This document shows positions 36,802 through 46,385 of a DNA stretch of 56,031 nucleotides, piece after piece. The notes beneath the pieces are model-generated. The model searched no databases and had not been told where the DNA came from. It saw nothing but the letters and a program-made list of their open reading frames with translations. Within the stretch, counting starts at the first letter, position 1; every line of letters starts with the position of its first letter. A program made the translations under genes and the position numbers. This stretch comes from an uncultured Gammaproteobacteria bacterium. Its GTDB lineage: Bacteria; Pseudomonadota; Gammaproteobacteria; Arenicellales; JAANXG01. The stretch spans positions 1 through 56,031 of the forward strand of contig CAMYOI010000053.1 in NCBI GenBank assembly GCA_947259955.1. Direction: 5' to 3'.

Positions 36802-37077
36802 ACGGTTGATTTATTGGTCTGCCGGACAAGCCAATGGTATTACAACTTCAACATTTGGACAGTACCTCTTGAGGTAGGCGCGAACCGGAACAAAGGGATA
36901 TTGCCGGGGCCGCCAGCGGACGCTATCTCTTAAGTAATAGAGTTTTTCGGGGTGTCCCCCTCGGTCAGGAGGGTGCATCCGGAACCTGCTGCGAATAGAA
37001 TTCCTAACCTGCTGGTGGGCAGCCGCTGTGAATGCCTGCCCATGGTCAAAATCCTACCAACCACAGGAGGCAGGTAG

Positions 37078-38340
37078 ATGTCGGACAAGCACCCCACCCC
37101 AATGCTCGACGAGCTGGAAAACGGTCCCTGGCCGAGTTTCGTCTCGGGAATCAAGCGCCTTCGAGACCAGCACGACGACGAGCGGATCAACGGTATGGCG
37201 AACGATCTGCTGGGTCAGCTCGAGCATTCGTACGAAACCAGGAAGGGTTACTGGAAGGGAGGAACGGTCAGCGTATACGGCTACGGGGGCGGCATCATCC
37301 CCAGGTTCTCGGAGGTAGGCAAGCAGTTTCCGGAGTCCAGGGAATTTCACACGCTTCGGGTGCAGCCGCCCGCGGGCAACCACTACAGTACGGACATCCT
37401 TCGGCAGCTTGCCGACAGTTGGGAGAAGTGGGGCTCGGGGCTTGTCACTTTCCACGGCCAGACCGGCAACATCATGTTCATAGGTTCGAGTACCGAAAAT
37501 ACGCAACACTTCTTCGACGAGATCAACGAATACGGCTTCGATCTGGGTGGCGCCGGACCGTGTGTTCGCACCTCCATGTCCTGTGTAGGCGCCGCCCGGT
37601 GCGAACAGTCCTGCGCGAATGAGCACAAGATCCACCGCACGCTGGTGAATAATTTTACCGACGATGTCCACCGGCCGGCGCTTCCGTATAAATTCAAATT
37701 CAAAGTATCGGGCTGTCCCAACGATTGTACGAACTCGATCGAACGCGCGGATTTTGCGGTGATCGGGACTTGGCGCGATGACATCAAGATCGACCAGCAG
37801 GTATTCGGGGAATACGTTGGCACCAAGGGCCGGCAGCACGTCATAGACAACATAATCACACGCTGTCCCACCAAGTGCATGACATTGAAGGATGATGACA
37901 CACTGGAGATAGACAACCGGAACTGCGTCAAGTGCATGCATTGCCTGAATGTCGTACCGAAGGCGCTTTCCCCCGGCGATGACAAGGGCATCACGCTGCT
38001 TCTTGGTGGAAAACGTACGCTGAAAATAGGTGATCTGATGGGCACCGTGGTCGTTCCGTTCATGAAGTTGGAGACAGACGAAGACTATGAACGCCTGGTC
38101 GAGATTGCCGAGGAAACAATAGATTTCTGGGCGGAAAATGGGCTCGAACACGAGCGCTGCGGAGAGATGATCGAACGTATCGGGCTGGTCAATTTCCTGG
38201 AGGGTGTGGGCATCGATGTCGATCCCAACATGATCAGTCATCCCCGTGAAAGCTCATACGTTCGAATGGATGGCTGGGACCAGGAAGCTCAAAAATGGTT
38301 TCATCGTAAGATCGATGAGCGCCAGGCGGCGGCGGAGTAG
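37078..38340 (+). CDS. dsrA: reverse-type dissimilatory sulfite reductase, alpha subunit
   Basis: RBS is GGAGG. Siroheme/[4Fe-4S] Cys motifs are 'CVRTSMSCVGAARCEQSC' and 'SGCPNDCTNS'. The ferredoxin insert is 'CPTKCM...CVKCMHCLN'. Length is 420 aa. Confidence 0.95.
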   Translation: MSDKHPTPMLDELENGPWPSFVSGIKRLRDQHDDERINGMANDLLGQLEHSYETRKGYWKGGTVSVYGYGGGIIPRFSEVGKQFPESREFHTLRVQPPAGNHYSTDILRQLADSWEKWGSGLVTFHGQTGNIMFIGSSTENTQHFFDEINEYGFDLGGAGPCVRTSMSCVGAARCEQSCANEHKIHRTLVNNFTDDVHRPALPYKFKFKVSGCPNDCTNSIERADFAVIGTWRDDIKIDQQVFGEYVGTKGRQHVIDNIITRCPTKCMTLKDDDTLEIDNRNCVKCMHCLNVVPKALSPGDDKGITLLLGGKRTLKIGDLMGTVVVPFMKLETDEDYERLVEIAEETIDFWAENGLEHERCGEMIERIGLVNFLEGVGIDVDPNMISHPRESSYVRMDGWDQEAQKWFHRKIDERQAAAE

Positions 38341-38396
38341 CGTGGACTTCCAAATGAATGACCTGCGACCGGTTTCTATAATTGTGGAGATGCTCA

Positions 38397-39473
38397 ATGG
38401 CTAAGAAAGAGATGCGACGGCCCATCGAGTCGGGCTGCCCGGACGGGCTCCAGTACATGCACCCCGTCATGCTCAAGAACTTCGGCCAGTGGAAGTACCA
38501 TGACCACCCCCGGCCCGGGGTACTGCGGCACGTTGCCCACAGCGGAGATACGGTCTGGACGGTCAAGGCGGGCACGCAGCGCATCCTCGATGTATTTACC
38601 CTGCGTAAACTGTGCGACATTGGGGATAAATATGCGGACGGCCACGTTAGGTTCACCATTCGCTCGAATATCGAGTACATGGTGAGCGACGAGGTTAAAG
38701 TCGAGCCCCTCATCGCCGCGCTCGAGGACGCCGGGTTCGTGGTAGGCGGCACCGCTAATTCGGTGGCGATGATCTCGCACACCCAGGGTTGGCTGCACTG
38801 CGACATTCCAGGCACCGACGCGTCCGGCGTGGTGAAAGCGATGATGGATGAACTCATCGAAGAGTTCAAAAACTGCAACATGCCGAATCGGGTCCATATC
38901 ACCACATCCTGCTGCCAGATCAACTGCGGCGGGCAGGGTGACATCGCAATCAACGTTCAGCACACCAAGCCCCCGAAGATCAACCACGACCTGGTCGCCA
39001 ATGTTTGTGAGCGGCCATCCGTCGTGGCGCGCTGCCCGGTGGCGGCGATACGACCGGCGATGGTCAACGGCAAGCCGTCTCTCGAGGTTGACGAAATAAA
39101 ATGTATTTGCTGCGGCGCTTGTTATCCGCCCTGTCCGCCGATGCAGATCAACGATCCTGAGCACTCCAAGCTTGCAATCTGGGTCGGCGGCAATCATTCC
39201 AATGCCAGATCCAAACCGAGCTTCCAGAAACTCGTTGCGGGCGGTGTGCCGAATAATCCGCCGCGCTGGCCTGAGGCGACCTTGATCGTAAAGCGCATCC
39301 TCAAGGTATACAAAGACGATGCCAAGGACTGGGAGCGCATCAACGATTGGATAGACCGCATAGGGTGGCCAAGGTTTTTCGAGCTGACCGGATTGCCTTT
39401 CACCAAGTTCCACATAGACAACTGGCGCGGCTCTCGCAAAAGCCTCAACGCGTCGACCCACATCCGTTTCTAG
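38397..39473 (+). CDS. dsrB: reverse-type dissimilatory sulfite reductase, beta subunit
   Basis: ORF track gives 38382..39473. ATG 38397 gives MAKKEMRRPIESG.... Motifs are 'TTSCCQINCGGQGD' and 'CPVAAIRP...CICCGACYPPCP'. Confidence 0.95.
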   Translation: MAKKEMRRPIESGCPDGLQYMHPVMLKNFGQWKYHDHPRPGVLRHVAHSGDTVWTVKAGTQRILDVFTLRKLCDIGDKYADGHVRFTIRSNIEYMVSDEVKVEPLIAALEDAGFVVGGTANSVAMISHTQGWLHCDIPGTDASGVVKAMMDELIEEFKNCNMPNRVHITTSCCQINCGGQGDIAINVQHTKPPKINHDLVANVCERPSVVARCPVAAIRPAMVNGKPSLEVDEIKCICCGACYPPCPPMQINDPEHSKLAIWVGGNHSNARSKPSFQKLVAGGVPNNPPRWPEATLIVKRILKVYKDDAKDWERINDWIDRIGWPRFFELTGLPFTKFHIDNWRGSRKSLNASTHIRF

Positions 39474-39484
39474 AGCGCGCGCCG

Positions 39485-39877
39485 ATGAAGTTTGCCCTGA
39501 TGGTCAACGAGGGACCGTATACACACCAAAGTTCCGATACGGCCTGGCAATTTGCCAAGGCCGCCCTGGAGCGCGGCCATGAGGTATTCCGCGTTTTTTT
39601 CTATCACGACGGCGTCAACAACGGCACACGGTTTACCGCTCCGCCCCAGGATGACCGCCACATCGTGAACCGCTGGAGTGAGCTTGCCGAGGAGTACGGA
39701 CTGGATCTCGTAGTCTGCGTAGCGGCCGCCCAGCGGCGCGGCATCATCGATGCGGATGAGGCCAAGCGGCACGGCAAGGATGGCGACAATATCGCCCCCG
39801 GCTTCAGGATCTCCGGGCTCGGGCAGCTGATCGAAGCCGGGATAGAAGCCGACCGGCTGCTGCAATTTGGCGATTGA
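39485..39877 (+). CDS. dsrE: sulfurtransferase complex subunit DsrE (TusD-like)
   Basis: ATG 39485 gives MKFALMVNEGPYTHQ.... The active-site Cys is in 'DLVVCVAAAQRRG'. Length is 130 aa. Confidence 0.92.
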   Translation: MKFALMVNEGPYTHQSSDTAWQFAKAALERGHEVFRVFFYHDGVNNGTRFTAPPQDDRHIVNRWSELAEEYGLDLVVCVAAAQRRGIIDADEAKRHGKDGDNIAPGFRISGLGQLIEAGIEADRLLQFGD

Positions 39878-39880
39878 GGG

Positions 39881-40303
39881 GTGGTGACGGTGAGTGAGCC
39901 CACAGTCAAACGATTTATGTACATCAATCGCCGCGCGCCCTATGGGACGGTGTATTCGGTGGAAGGCCTGGAGGTCGCCCTCATAGGCGCGGCCTTCGAG
40001 CAGGATGTTTGCATGGCCTTCATCGATGACGGGGTGTATCAGCTCCAGAAAGACCAGGACACCTCGGCCACGGGCATCAAGAATTTCTCACCGGCATACC
40101 GAGCGCTGGGCGACTACGATGTGACCCGGCTGTATGTCGAGCGTGAATCCCTGCAAGCCCGCGGCCTGACCGAAGATGATCTCATGGCCTTGACCTACGA
40201 GGACGAAGACGACGATTGGGCGGAAAAGCCGTCGATCAGGTTGGTGAGTCGGGAAGAGCTTTCCGGGCTTGTTGACCAACAGGACGTTATTCTGCATTTC
40301 TAG
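39881..40303 (+). CDS. dsrF: sulfurtransferase complex subunit DsrF (TusC-like)
   Basis: 140 aa with a GTG start 4 nt after the dsrE stop. 'FMYINRRAPYGTVYSVEGLEVAL' is a DsrE/F-fold sequence. The gene order E-F-H supports the call. Confidence 0.88.
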   Translation: MVTVSEPTVKRFMYINRRAPYGTVYSVEGLEVALIGAAFEQDVCMAFIDDGVYQLQKDQDTSATGIKNFSPAYRALGDYDVTRLYVERESLQARGLTEDDLMALTYEDEDDDWAEKPSIRLVSREELSGLVDQQDVILHF

Positions 40304-40309
40304 TCGACC

Positions 40310-40612
40310 ATGCTGCACACGATAAACAAGTCACCCTTCGAAAAGAACAGCCTGGAGAGCTGCCTGCGCCTGGCAAAACCGGGCCACGATATCCTGTTGA
40401 TCGAGGACGCGGTGTACGCGGCGACCTCCGGCACCATCGTCTCCGAACTGGTCGAAGCGGCCGTGAAGGATAAAAATGTCTATGCCCTCGGGCCCGATCT
40501 GGCCAGCCGGGGAATCGATGAAGCCAGGCTATTGAAAGGGATCGGGATTGTGAATTACGAGGGATTTGTAGACCTGGCAGTAAAGAACGACAAAGTTCAG
40601 TCTTGGCTGTAA
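40310..40612 (+). CDS. dsrH: sulfurtransferase complex subunit DsrH (TusB-like)
   Basis: 100 aa. The conserved N-terminal Cys is in 'SLESCLRLAKPG'. Confidence 0.88.
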   Translation: MLHTINKSPFEKNSLESCLRLAKPGHDILLIEDAVYAATSGTIVSELVEAAVKDKNVYALGPDLASRGIDEARLLKGIGIVNYEGFVDLAVKNDKVQSWL

Positions 40613-40650
40613 ATGAAAATGTTTCAAGTATGAAAACCAGGAGTTAAAAC

Positions 40651-40983
40651 ATGTCATTCGAAATCAACGGAAAAACATACGAAACCGATGAAGAGGGCTA
40701 CCTGGCAAACCTTGCCGACTGGAACCCGGAAATCGCAGGCCACATGGCCACGGAAGATGATTGTGATCTTTCCGAGAACCACTGGGAAGTGATCAACTTT
40801 TTACGTGAGTACTATGACCAATACCAGATCGCTCCCGCGGTTCGGGTGTTGACCAAAGCGATCGGCAAGAAGTTGGGCAAGGACAAGGGCAACAGCAAAT
40901 ATCTCTACGAGTTGTTTCCCTACGGGCCCGCCAAACAGGCATGCAAATACGCGGGCCTGCCGAAACCGACGGGCTGCGTATAA
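40651..40983 (+). CDS. dsrC: DsrC, sulfur-carrier / sulfite reductase substrate protein
   Basis: 110 aa. The C-terminal arm 'CKYAGLPKPTGCV*' carries both conserved cysteines. Confidence 0.95.
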   Translation: MSFEINGKTYETDEEGYLANLADWNPEIAGHMATEDDCDLSENHWEVINFLREYYDQYQIAPAVRVLTKAIGKKLGKDKGNSKYLYELFPYGPAKQACKYAGLPKPTGCV

Positions 40984-41116
40984 CCCGTGTAGCGCGCCAG
41001 CGCGGCTGCGACGGCCTGCTGTTGTGTATACTGCTTCATCATCCGGCGCCCCGGGTCGATATGCAGCTGGGTCCGGCACGAACCAACCGCCGCAGATCTG
41101 GCGCGCTTAATCGCCG

Positions 41117-41863
41117 ATGATCCTGTCAGCGCTCTTCTCTGTTTTGTTCTACGCGGCGTTCGTCGTGCTGGTGGTGGGCGTAGTTCGGCGCACCCTGATT
41201 TACAAGAAGACGCCCTCACCGCTGGTCATCCCGACAACCCCGGCACCGACGACCCGTGTCGGGGTGGCTGGACGGATGTTCAGGGAGGTCGTTTTTTTCG
41301 AGAGCCTTTTCAAGGGCAGCAAATGGAGCTGGTTGTTCGGCTGGCTGTTCCATTTCGGCATGCTGGTCGTGCTCATCCGTCACCTGCGCTATTTCACCGA
41401 ACCCGTGTGGGGGTGGGTAGCCCTGATGCAGTGGCTTGGCATCTACGCCGGAATGGCCATGCTGCTGGGTTTGCTGGGGCTTCTGATCAGGCGAACGGCG
41501 GTGGATCGCTTGCGCTACATCTCCGCCCCTTCGGATTACCTGATGCTGATCCTGCTGATCGTCATTGCCGGTACGGGGCTGTTGATGAAATACGTGTGGC
41601 ATACCGACGTCATGGCATTGAAAGCGTTCGTCATGGGCATGATGTATTTTCAGTGGCAGCCGCTGCCGGCAGATCCCCTCCTGCTGCTGCATTTGCTGCT
41701 GGTCATCATCCTGATGCTTGTGTTTCCGATCAGCAAGCTGCTGCATGCGCCCGGGATATTCTTCAGTCCTACCCGCAATATGACGGATAACCCGCGCGAG
41801 GCGCGTCACGTGACGGCCTGGCCCGCACAAGACGTAAAGACCGCCGAGGCTACGCGAAGCTGA
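41117..41863 (+). CDS. dsrM: DsrM, NarI-like dihaem b membrane subunit of DsrMKJOP
   Basis: 248 aa with about five TM helices. The conserved His-containing helix reads 'WLFHFGMLVVLIRHLRYF'. Confidence 0.9.
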   Translation: MILSALFSVLFYAAFVVLVVGVVRRTLIYKKTPSPLVIPTTPAPTTRVGVAGRMFREVVFFESLFKGSKWSWLFGWLFHFGMLVVLIRHLRYFTEPVWGWVALMQWLGIYAGMAMLLGLLGLLIRRTAVDRLRYISAPSDYLMLILLIVIAGTGLLMKYVWHTDVMALKAFVMGMMYFQWQPLPADPLLLLHLLLVIILMLVFPISKLLHAPGIFFSPTRNMTDNPREARHVTAWPAQDVKTAEATRS

Positions 41864-41865
41864 CC

Positions 41866-43331
41866 ATGGCGGGCATGAAGAAACCGGAATTCGACGTTCC
41901 CGAGCTGCGGGAAATCGCGGTCATACCCCCGATTGCCATAGACGCCATGGCCCACATCAAACCCTTCGTCGCCAAGGCCGAGCACCAGGAACCCCTGGGA
42001 TTTCCGGGCGAGCTCGTCGATGACTGGAAGGACAGAGCCATCTCGAAGATGGACGAACTGCTGGGCAAGTACCGGTCGCTGCAGGTGTTCATGGACGCCT
42101 GCGTCAAGTGCGGCGCCTGTACCGACAAGTGCCATTACTACCTTGGAACCGCGGATCCCAAGAACATGCCGGTTGCCCGGCAGGACCTCATGCGCGCTGT
42201 TTACCGGCGCTATTTCACCTTTGCCGGCAAGCATTTCCCCGGACTGGTGGGCGCCACCGACCTCACCGAGGAGGTGGTGGAGGACTGGTACCGCTACTAC
42301 CACCAGTGCTCGGAATGCCGTCGCTGCTCGGTCTACTGCCCCTACGGGATCGACACGGCGGAAATCACCATGGCGGGCCGGGAAATCCTGGCCTCCATCG
42401 GGGTCGGGCAGAAATACGCCAACGAAATAATTGCCAAGGTACACAAGATCGGCAACAACCTTGGCCTGCCCGGGCCCGCGCTCGCCGACACGCTGGAGAG
42501 CCTGGAGGAGGAGGTGGAGGAAGACACCGGGGTGGCGGTGAAGTATCCGCTCGACCAGGAGGGTGCGGATATCCTTCTGGTTACGCCGTCGGCGGACTTT
42601 TTTGCCGAACCGCACGTCGACGGCCTGATTGGTTACGGCAAGGTATTCCACCAGGCCGGGACAAGCTGGACTGTGAGTTCACACGCGTCTGAGGCGGCCA
42701 ACTTCGGCATCTTCATCGGCAATTACGAAAACATGAAGCTGGTCGCGATGCGGGTGCGGGAGGCGGCGCAGTCGCTTGGCGTGAAGCGCATCGTGGTCGG
42801 CGAGTGCGGCCACGCCTGGCGGGTTGCGTACAGTTTCTGGAACTCGTTGATCGGACCATTCGATTTTCTGGACGAATCGTTTCCCGTACCGCAGCACATT
42901 TGCGAGTTTACCTACGGCCTTCTGCAGCGCGGTGCACTGCGCATCAACAAGGAGGAAAACGATGACAAGGTAGTCACCTTCCACGATTCTTGCAACGTGT
43001 CCCGCGGCTCGCGCATGGGTGACAAACCGGGCGGGCAGTTCACCATTCCCCGGGAGATCATCAAGGCCGCGTGCAACAACTTCGTGGACATGGCTCCCGA
43101 AACGACCCTAGAGCACACGTTCTGTTGCGGCGGCGGCGGCGGGCTGCTGACCGACGACCTGGTGGAACTGCGGGTCAAGGGTGCGCTTCCCCGGATGGAG
43201 GCGCTCAAGCAGGTGGTCGATGAATATGGTGTGACGCACATGGCGGCCCTTACTACGGTCTCGGCATGGACATGATAGTGAGCGTGCACCAGCTGCTGGG
43301 TGATGCGCTGGAGCTGGGGACGGAGGAGTAA
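41866..43331 (+). pseudogene. dsrK: DsrK (HdrD-like Fe-S subunit), frame broken near 43245 with loss of the terminal CxxC of the CCG domain
   Basis: ORF 41866..43275 carries 'CVKCGACTDKC', 'CSECRRCSVYCP' and 'FCCGGGGGLL' but ends '...VTHMAALTTVSAWT*'. A second frame, open from 43224, reads ...GPYYGLGMDMIVSVHQLLGDALELGTEE*, a DsrK-type C-terminus. Neither tail contains a Cys. Confidence 0.8.
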
Positions 43332-43336
43332 ATATC

Positions 43337-44413
43337 ATGCTCAGGACCTGGCGCTATCTGCTGACAACGCTGTGCATGTGTCTCCTGGCCGCGCAGACGA
43401 CGGGCGCCGACGAAGCCGTTGAGCGCGGGATTTTTAGCGGGGCCAAAACTACCGAAACGCCCGAGTGGTTCAAGGAAAGCTTCCTGGATTTCGAACAGGA
43501 CATCGACGAGGCGACGGCCAACGGCAAGCGGCTGATGCTGTATTTCCACCAGGAGGGGTGCCCCTACTGCAACGCGCTGATTGAACATAATTTCAGCCAG
43601 CCCGATATCTACGAAACCGTCCGCAGCGAACTGGACGTGGTCGAGATCAACATGTGGGGCGACCGTGAGGTCGTTCAGGTTGGCGGCAGGACTTTCACGG
43701 AGAAGACGTTGGCGGAGGCGCTCAATGTAAACTATACGCCGACGCTTCTATTTTTCAACGAAGCCAGAAAGGTCGCGCTCCGGCTGGATGGATACTATCC
43801 GCCCGATGAATTCCGTAAAGCGCTGCGCTATGTCGTCGAAAGGAAGGATGGCGAAATGACGTACGCGAAATTCATTGCGACCCTGACCATGGCCGAGAGT
43901 GGTGGAGATCTCCATAGCGAGGATTTTTTCGCATCCCCGCCATACGATCTGAACCGCGAGGCGGGTTCATCCAGGCCGCTTGCGGTGTACTTCGAGAAGG
44001 CGGGTTGCCCCAACTGCGATGCGCTGCACCAGAAAATATTGACCGACCCGCCCACCCGGCGGCTTGCAGAGAAATTCGACAGCGTCCAACTCGACCTGAC
44101 TGCGGATACGCCGGTTACCACACCTTCAGGCGAACGCACAACCGCCAGCGAGTGGGCGCTGAAACTAAACGTTCAATTCGCCCCCACGATCGTGTTTTTC
44201 GATTCGTCCGGTCGGGAAGTGATGCGTACCGAGGCCATGTTCAGGACATTTCACACGCAGTCGGTATTCGATTACGTTTTGAACGGGGGTTACAAGTCAC
44301 AGCCGAATTTTCAACGCTATATTTCCGAGCGGGCCGACCGGTTGATCGAGCAGGGCATCGATGTGGACATCTGGGGCTATCGATCGGATAGCGGAGCCGA
44401 TACAGAAAACTGA
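43337..44413 (+). CDS. secreted tandem thioredoxin-fold protein (two SoxW/COG2143-like halves, CPYC and CPNC)
   Basis: Signal peptide is MLRTWRYLLTTLCMCLLAAQTTGADE. Half 1 has 'FHQEGCPYCNAL ... YTPTLLFF' and half 2 has 'FEKAGCPNCDAL ... FAPTIVFF'. It sits 5 nt after the dsrK tail stop and 13 nt before dsrL. Confidence 0.8.
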   Translation: MLRTWRYLLTTLCMCLLAAQTTGADEAVERGIFSGAKTTETPEWFKESFLDFEQDIDEATANGKRLMLYFHQEGCPYCNALIEHNFSQPDIYETVRSELDVVEINMWGDREVVQVGGRTFTEKTLAEALNVNYTPTLLFFNEARKVALRLDGYYPPDEFRKALRYVVERKDGEMTYAKFIATLTMAESGGDLHSEDFFASPPYDLNREAGSSRPLAVYFEKAGCPNCDALHQKILTDPPTRRLAEKFDSVQLDLTADTPVTTPSGERTTASEWALKLNVQFAPTIVFFDSSGREVMRTEAMFRTFHTQSVFDYVLNGGYKSQPNFQRYISERADRLIEQGIDVDIWGYRSDSGADTEN

Positions 44414-44426
44414 AAGGGGTACTACG

Positions 44427-46385
44427 ATGGCAAGCACAGCCGAAGAAACAAAAAGTGAAACCAAGCTGACGTTTCGAATATTCGAAGACGGCGATTACGT
44501 CCAGAAAAAATGGCAGGAGGCGATTTTCGAAGCCGATCATACCCACAAGTGTCCGACCTATGTGCACCGCACGCCGCCGTGTCAGGGCAGTTGCCCCTCC
44601 GGCGAGGACATCCGCGGCTGGCTGCAGATCGTGCGCGGTATGGAAAAGCCCCCCGAAGGCGTCAGTATGCAGGAATACGCGTTCCGGCGCTCCACCGATG
44701 CCAATCCTTTCCCGGCGATCATGGGGCGGGTGTGTCCCGCGCCCTGTGAGGACGGATGTAATCGCAACAACGTAGAGGACTTCGTCGGTATCAATTCCGT
44801 CGAGCAATACATCGGCGATTCCGCTTACCGGGAAAAGTTCAGCTTCGAGCAACCGCCCGCATTGAGCGGCAAGCGCGTGGCCATCATCGGAGGCGGCCCC
44901 GCGGGTCTGGCGGCGGCATACCAGCTGCGGCGAGATGGGCACGCGTCTACCATCTTCGATGCACAGGAGAAGCTTGGCGGGATGATGTATTACGGCATCC
45001 CCGGTTATCGTACACCACGGCAGGTGCTGGAGCACGAGATCCAGCGCATCCTGGATCTGGGAGACATCGAACTCCGCACCAAAACCGCCGTGGGCATCGA
45101 CGTAGGTATTGAAGAGCTCGAGCGCGAATTCGACGCGATTCTATGGACCATCGGGTGCCAGGCGGGGCGGAGTCTGCCGGTACCCGGTGCCGATGCGCCC
45201 AACTGCGTCAGCGGAGTCAAGTTTCTGCAGGCATTCAATGACGGAACGCTCCAGGTCACAACCGACAAGGTGGTATGCGTCGGCGGTGGAGACACCTCCA
45301 TCGACGTGGTGTCGGTCGCGCGCCGACTGGGCAAGATCGATCGCGTCAATCCCAAGGACAGACCGGAAGAGGTAATTGGTGGATATGTCGCCCACGACGC
45401 CGCCTTCGCGGCGTCCAGGAAAGGTGCGGAGGTGACGCTGACTTCCTTGTTCCCGAAAAAAGCGATGACGGCCACGGAGCACGAAGTGGAAGATGCCCTG
45501 CGTGAGGGCGTCACGATCTACGACGGGGTGGTGCCGATGGAAGTGATCAAGGACGCGGAAGGCCGGGCCAGTGCGCTGAAAATGGCCAAGTGCAGCCTGG
45601 ACGACAAGGGCGTGCCGTCCGCCATCGAGGGCACCGAGTTCGTGCTGGAATGCGACCTGATCGTATCCGCCATAGGCCAGGGTGGCGACCTGTCCGGGAT
45701 CGAGGAACTGGACAACGGACGCGGATTCATCGACACCGACAAGTTCTACCGGATTACCGATCGGCCCGGCCACTTCGCCGCCGGGGACATCATCCGCCCT
45801 CATTTGCTGACGACCGCGATCGGTCAGGCATCAATCGCGGCCAGAAGCATCGACAGCTATCTCAACGGCGTCGAGCCGAAGACCAACCCTAAAGTCGACG
45901 TGGACCATTTCAGCCTGCTGGAGAAGCTCGACGAGTCGAACCTGTCGCCGGAGCAGTACGATCACACGCAGAAGTGGGGCACTGCGTCGGCGAATTTCGC
46001 GGTGCACAACTACGAGGATCGCTCGGCGCACGAGATCATCCCTGCCGATGAACTGTTCCTGGGTCATTTCGAGTACACGCCCCGCAACAAGCGGGAGGTC
46101 ATTGGTCCGGACGCTTCCCACGTGTTGGGGCACTTCGAGGAACGCCACCAGGGCCTGAGCGACGAACAGGCCGTCGCCGAGGCGACCCGCTGCATGAGCT
46201 GCGGCATGTGCTTCGAGTGCGACAACTGCGTCATTTACTGCCCGCAGGACGCCGTGTTTCGCGTCAACAAGGACAGTTCCACCACCGGCCGCTACGTGGA
46301 TACCGATTACGCCAAATGCATAGGTTGCCACATCTGCGCGGACGTGTGCCCCACGGGCTATATCGACATGGGTATGGGGGAGTAG
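44427..46385 (+). CDS. dsrL: DsrL, NAD(P)H:acceptor iron-sulfur flavoprotein (GltD-like)
   Basis: ORF track gives 44361..46385. ATG 44427 has the RBS AAAGGGG. Motifs are 'CPTYVHRTPPCQGSCPSGEDIRGW' and 'VAIIGGGPAGLAAAYQL'. The C-terminal ferredoxin reads 'CMSCGMCFECDNCVIYCP...CIGCHICADVCP'. Confidence 0.93.
   Translation: MASTAEETKSETKLTFRIFEDGDYVQKKWQEAIFEADHTHKCPTYVHRTPPCQGSCPSGEDIRGWLQIVRGMEKPPEGVSMQEYAFRRSTDANPFPAIMGRVCPAPCEDGCNRNNVEDFVGINSVEQYIGDSAYREKFSFEQPPALSGKRVAIIGGGPAGLAAAYQLRRDGHASTIFDAQEKLGGMMYYGIPGYRTPRQVLEHEIQRILDLGDIELRTKTAVGIDVGIEELEREFDAILWTIGCQAGRSLPVPGADAPNCVSGVKFLQAFNDGTLQVTTDKVVCVGGGDTSIDVVSVARRLGKIDRVNPKDRPEEVIGGYVAHDAAFAASRKGAEVTLTSLFPKKAMTATEHEVEDALREGVTIYDGVVPMEVIKDAEGRASALKMAKCSLDDKGVPSAIEGTEFVLECDLIVSAIGQGGDLSGIEELDNGRGFIDTDKFYRITDRPGHFAAGDIIRPHLLTTAIGQASIAARSIDSYLNGVEPKTNPKVDVDHFSLLEKLDESNLSPEQYDHTQKWGTASANFAVHNYEDRSAHEIIPADELFLGHFEYTPRNKREVIGPDASHVLGHFEERHQGLSDEQAVAEATRCMSCGMCFECDNCVIYCPQDAVFRVNKDSSTTGRYVDTDYAKCIGCHICADVCPTGYIDMGMGE

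Noticed and set aside
37054-39461. Long antisense ORFs (395 aa and 355 aa) opposite dsrA and dsrB
   Set aside because: dsrAB are unambiguous from their Cys motifs, RBS and operon context. The antisense frames show no motifs and have biased composition.
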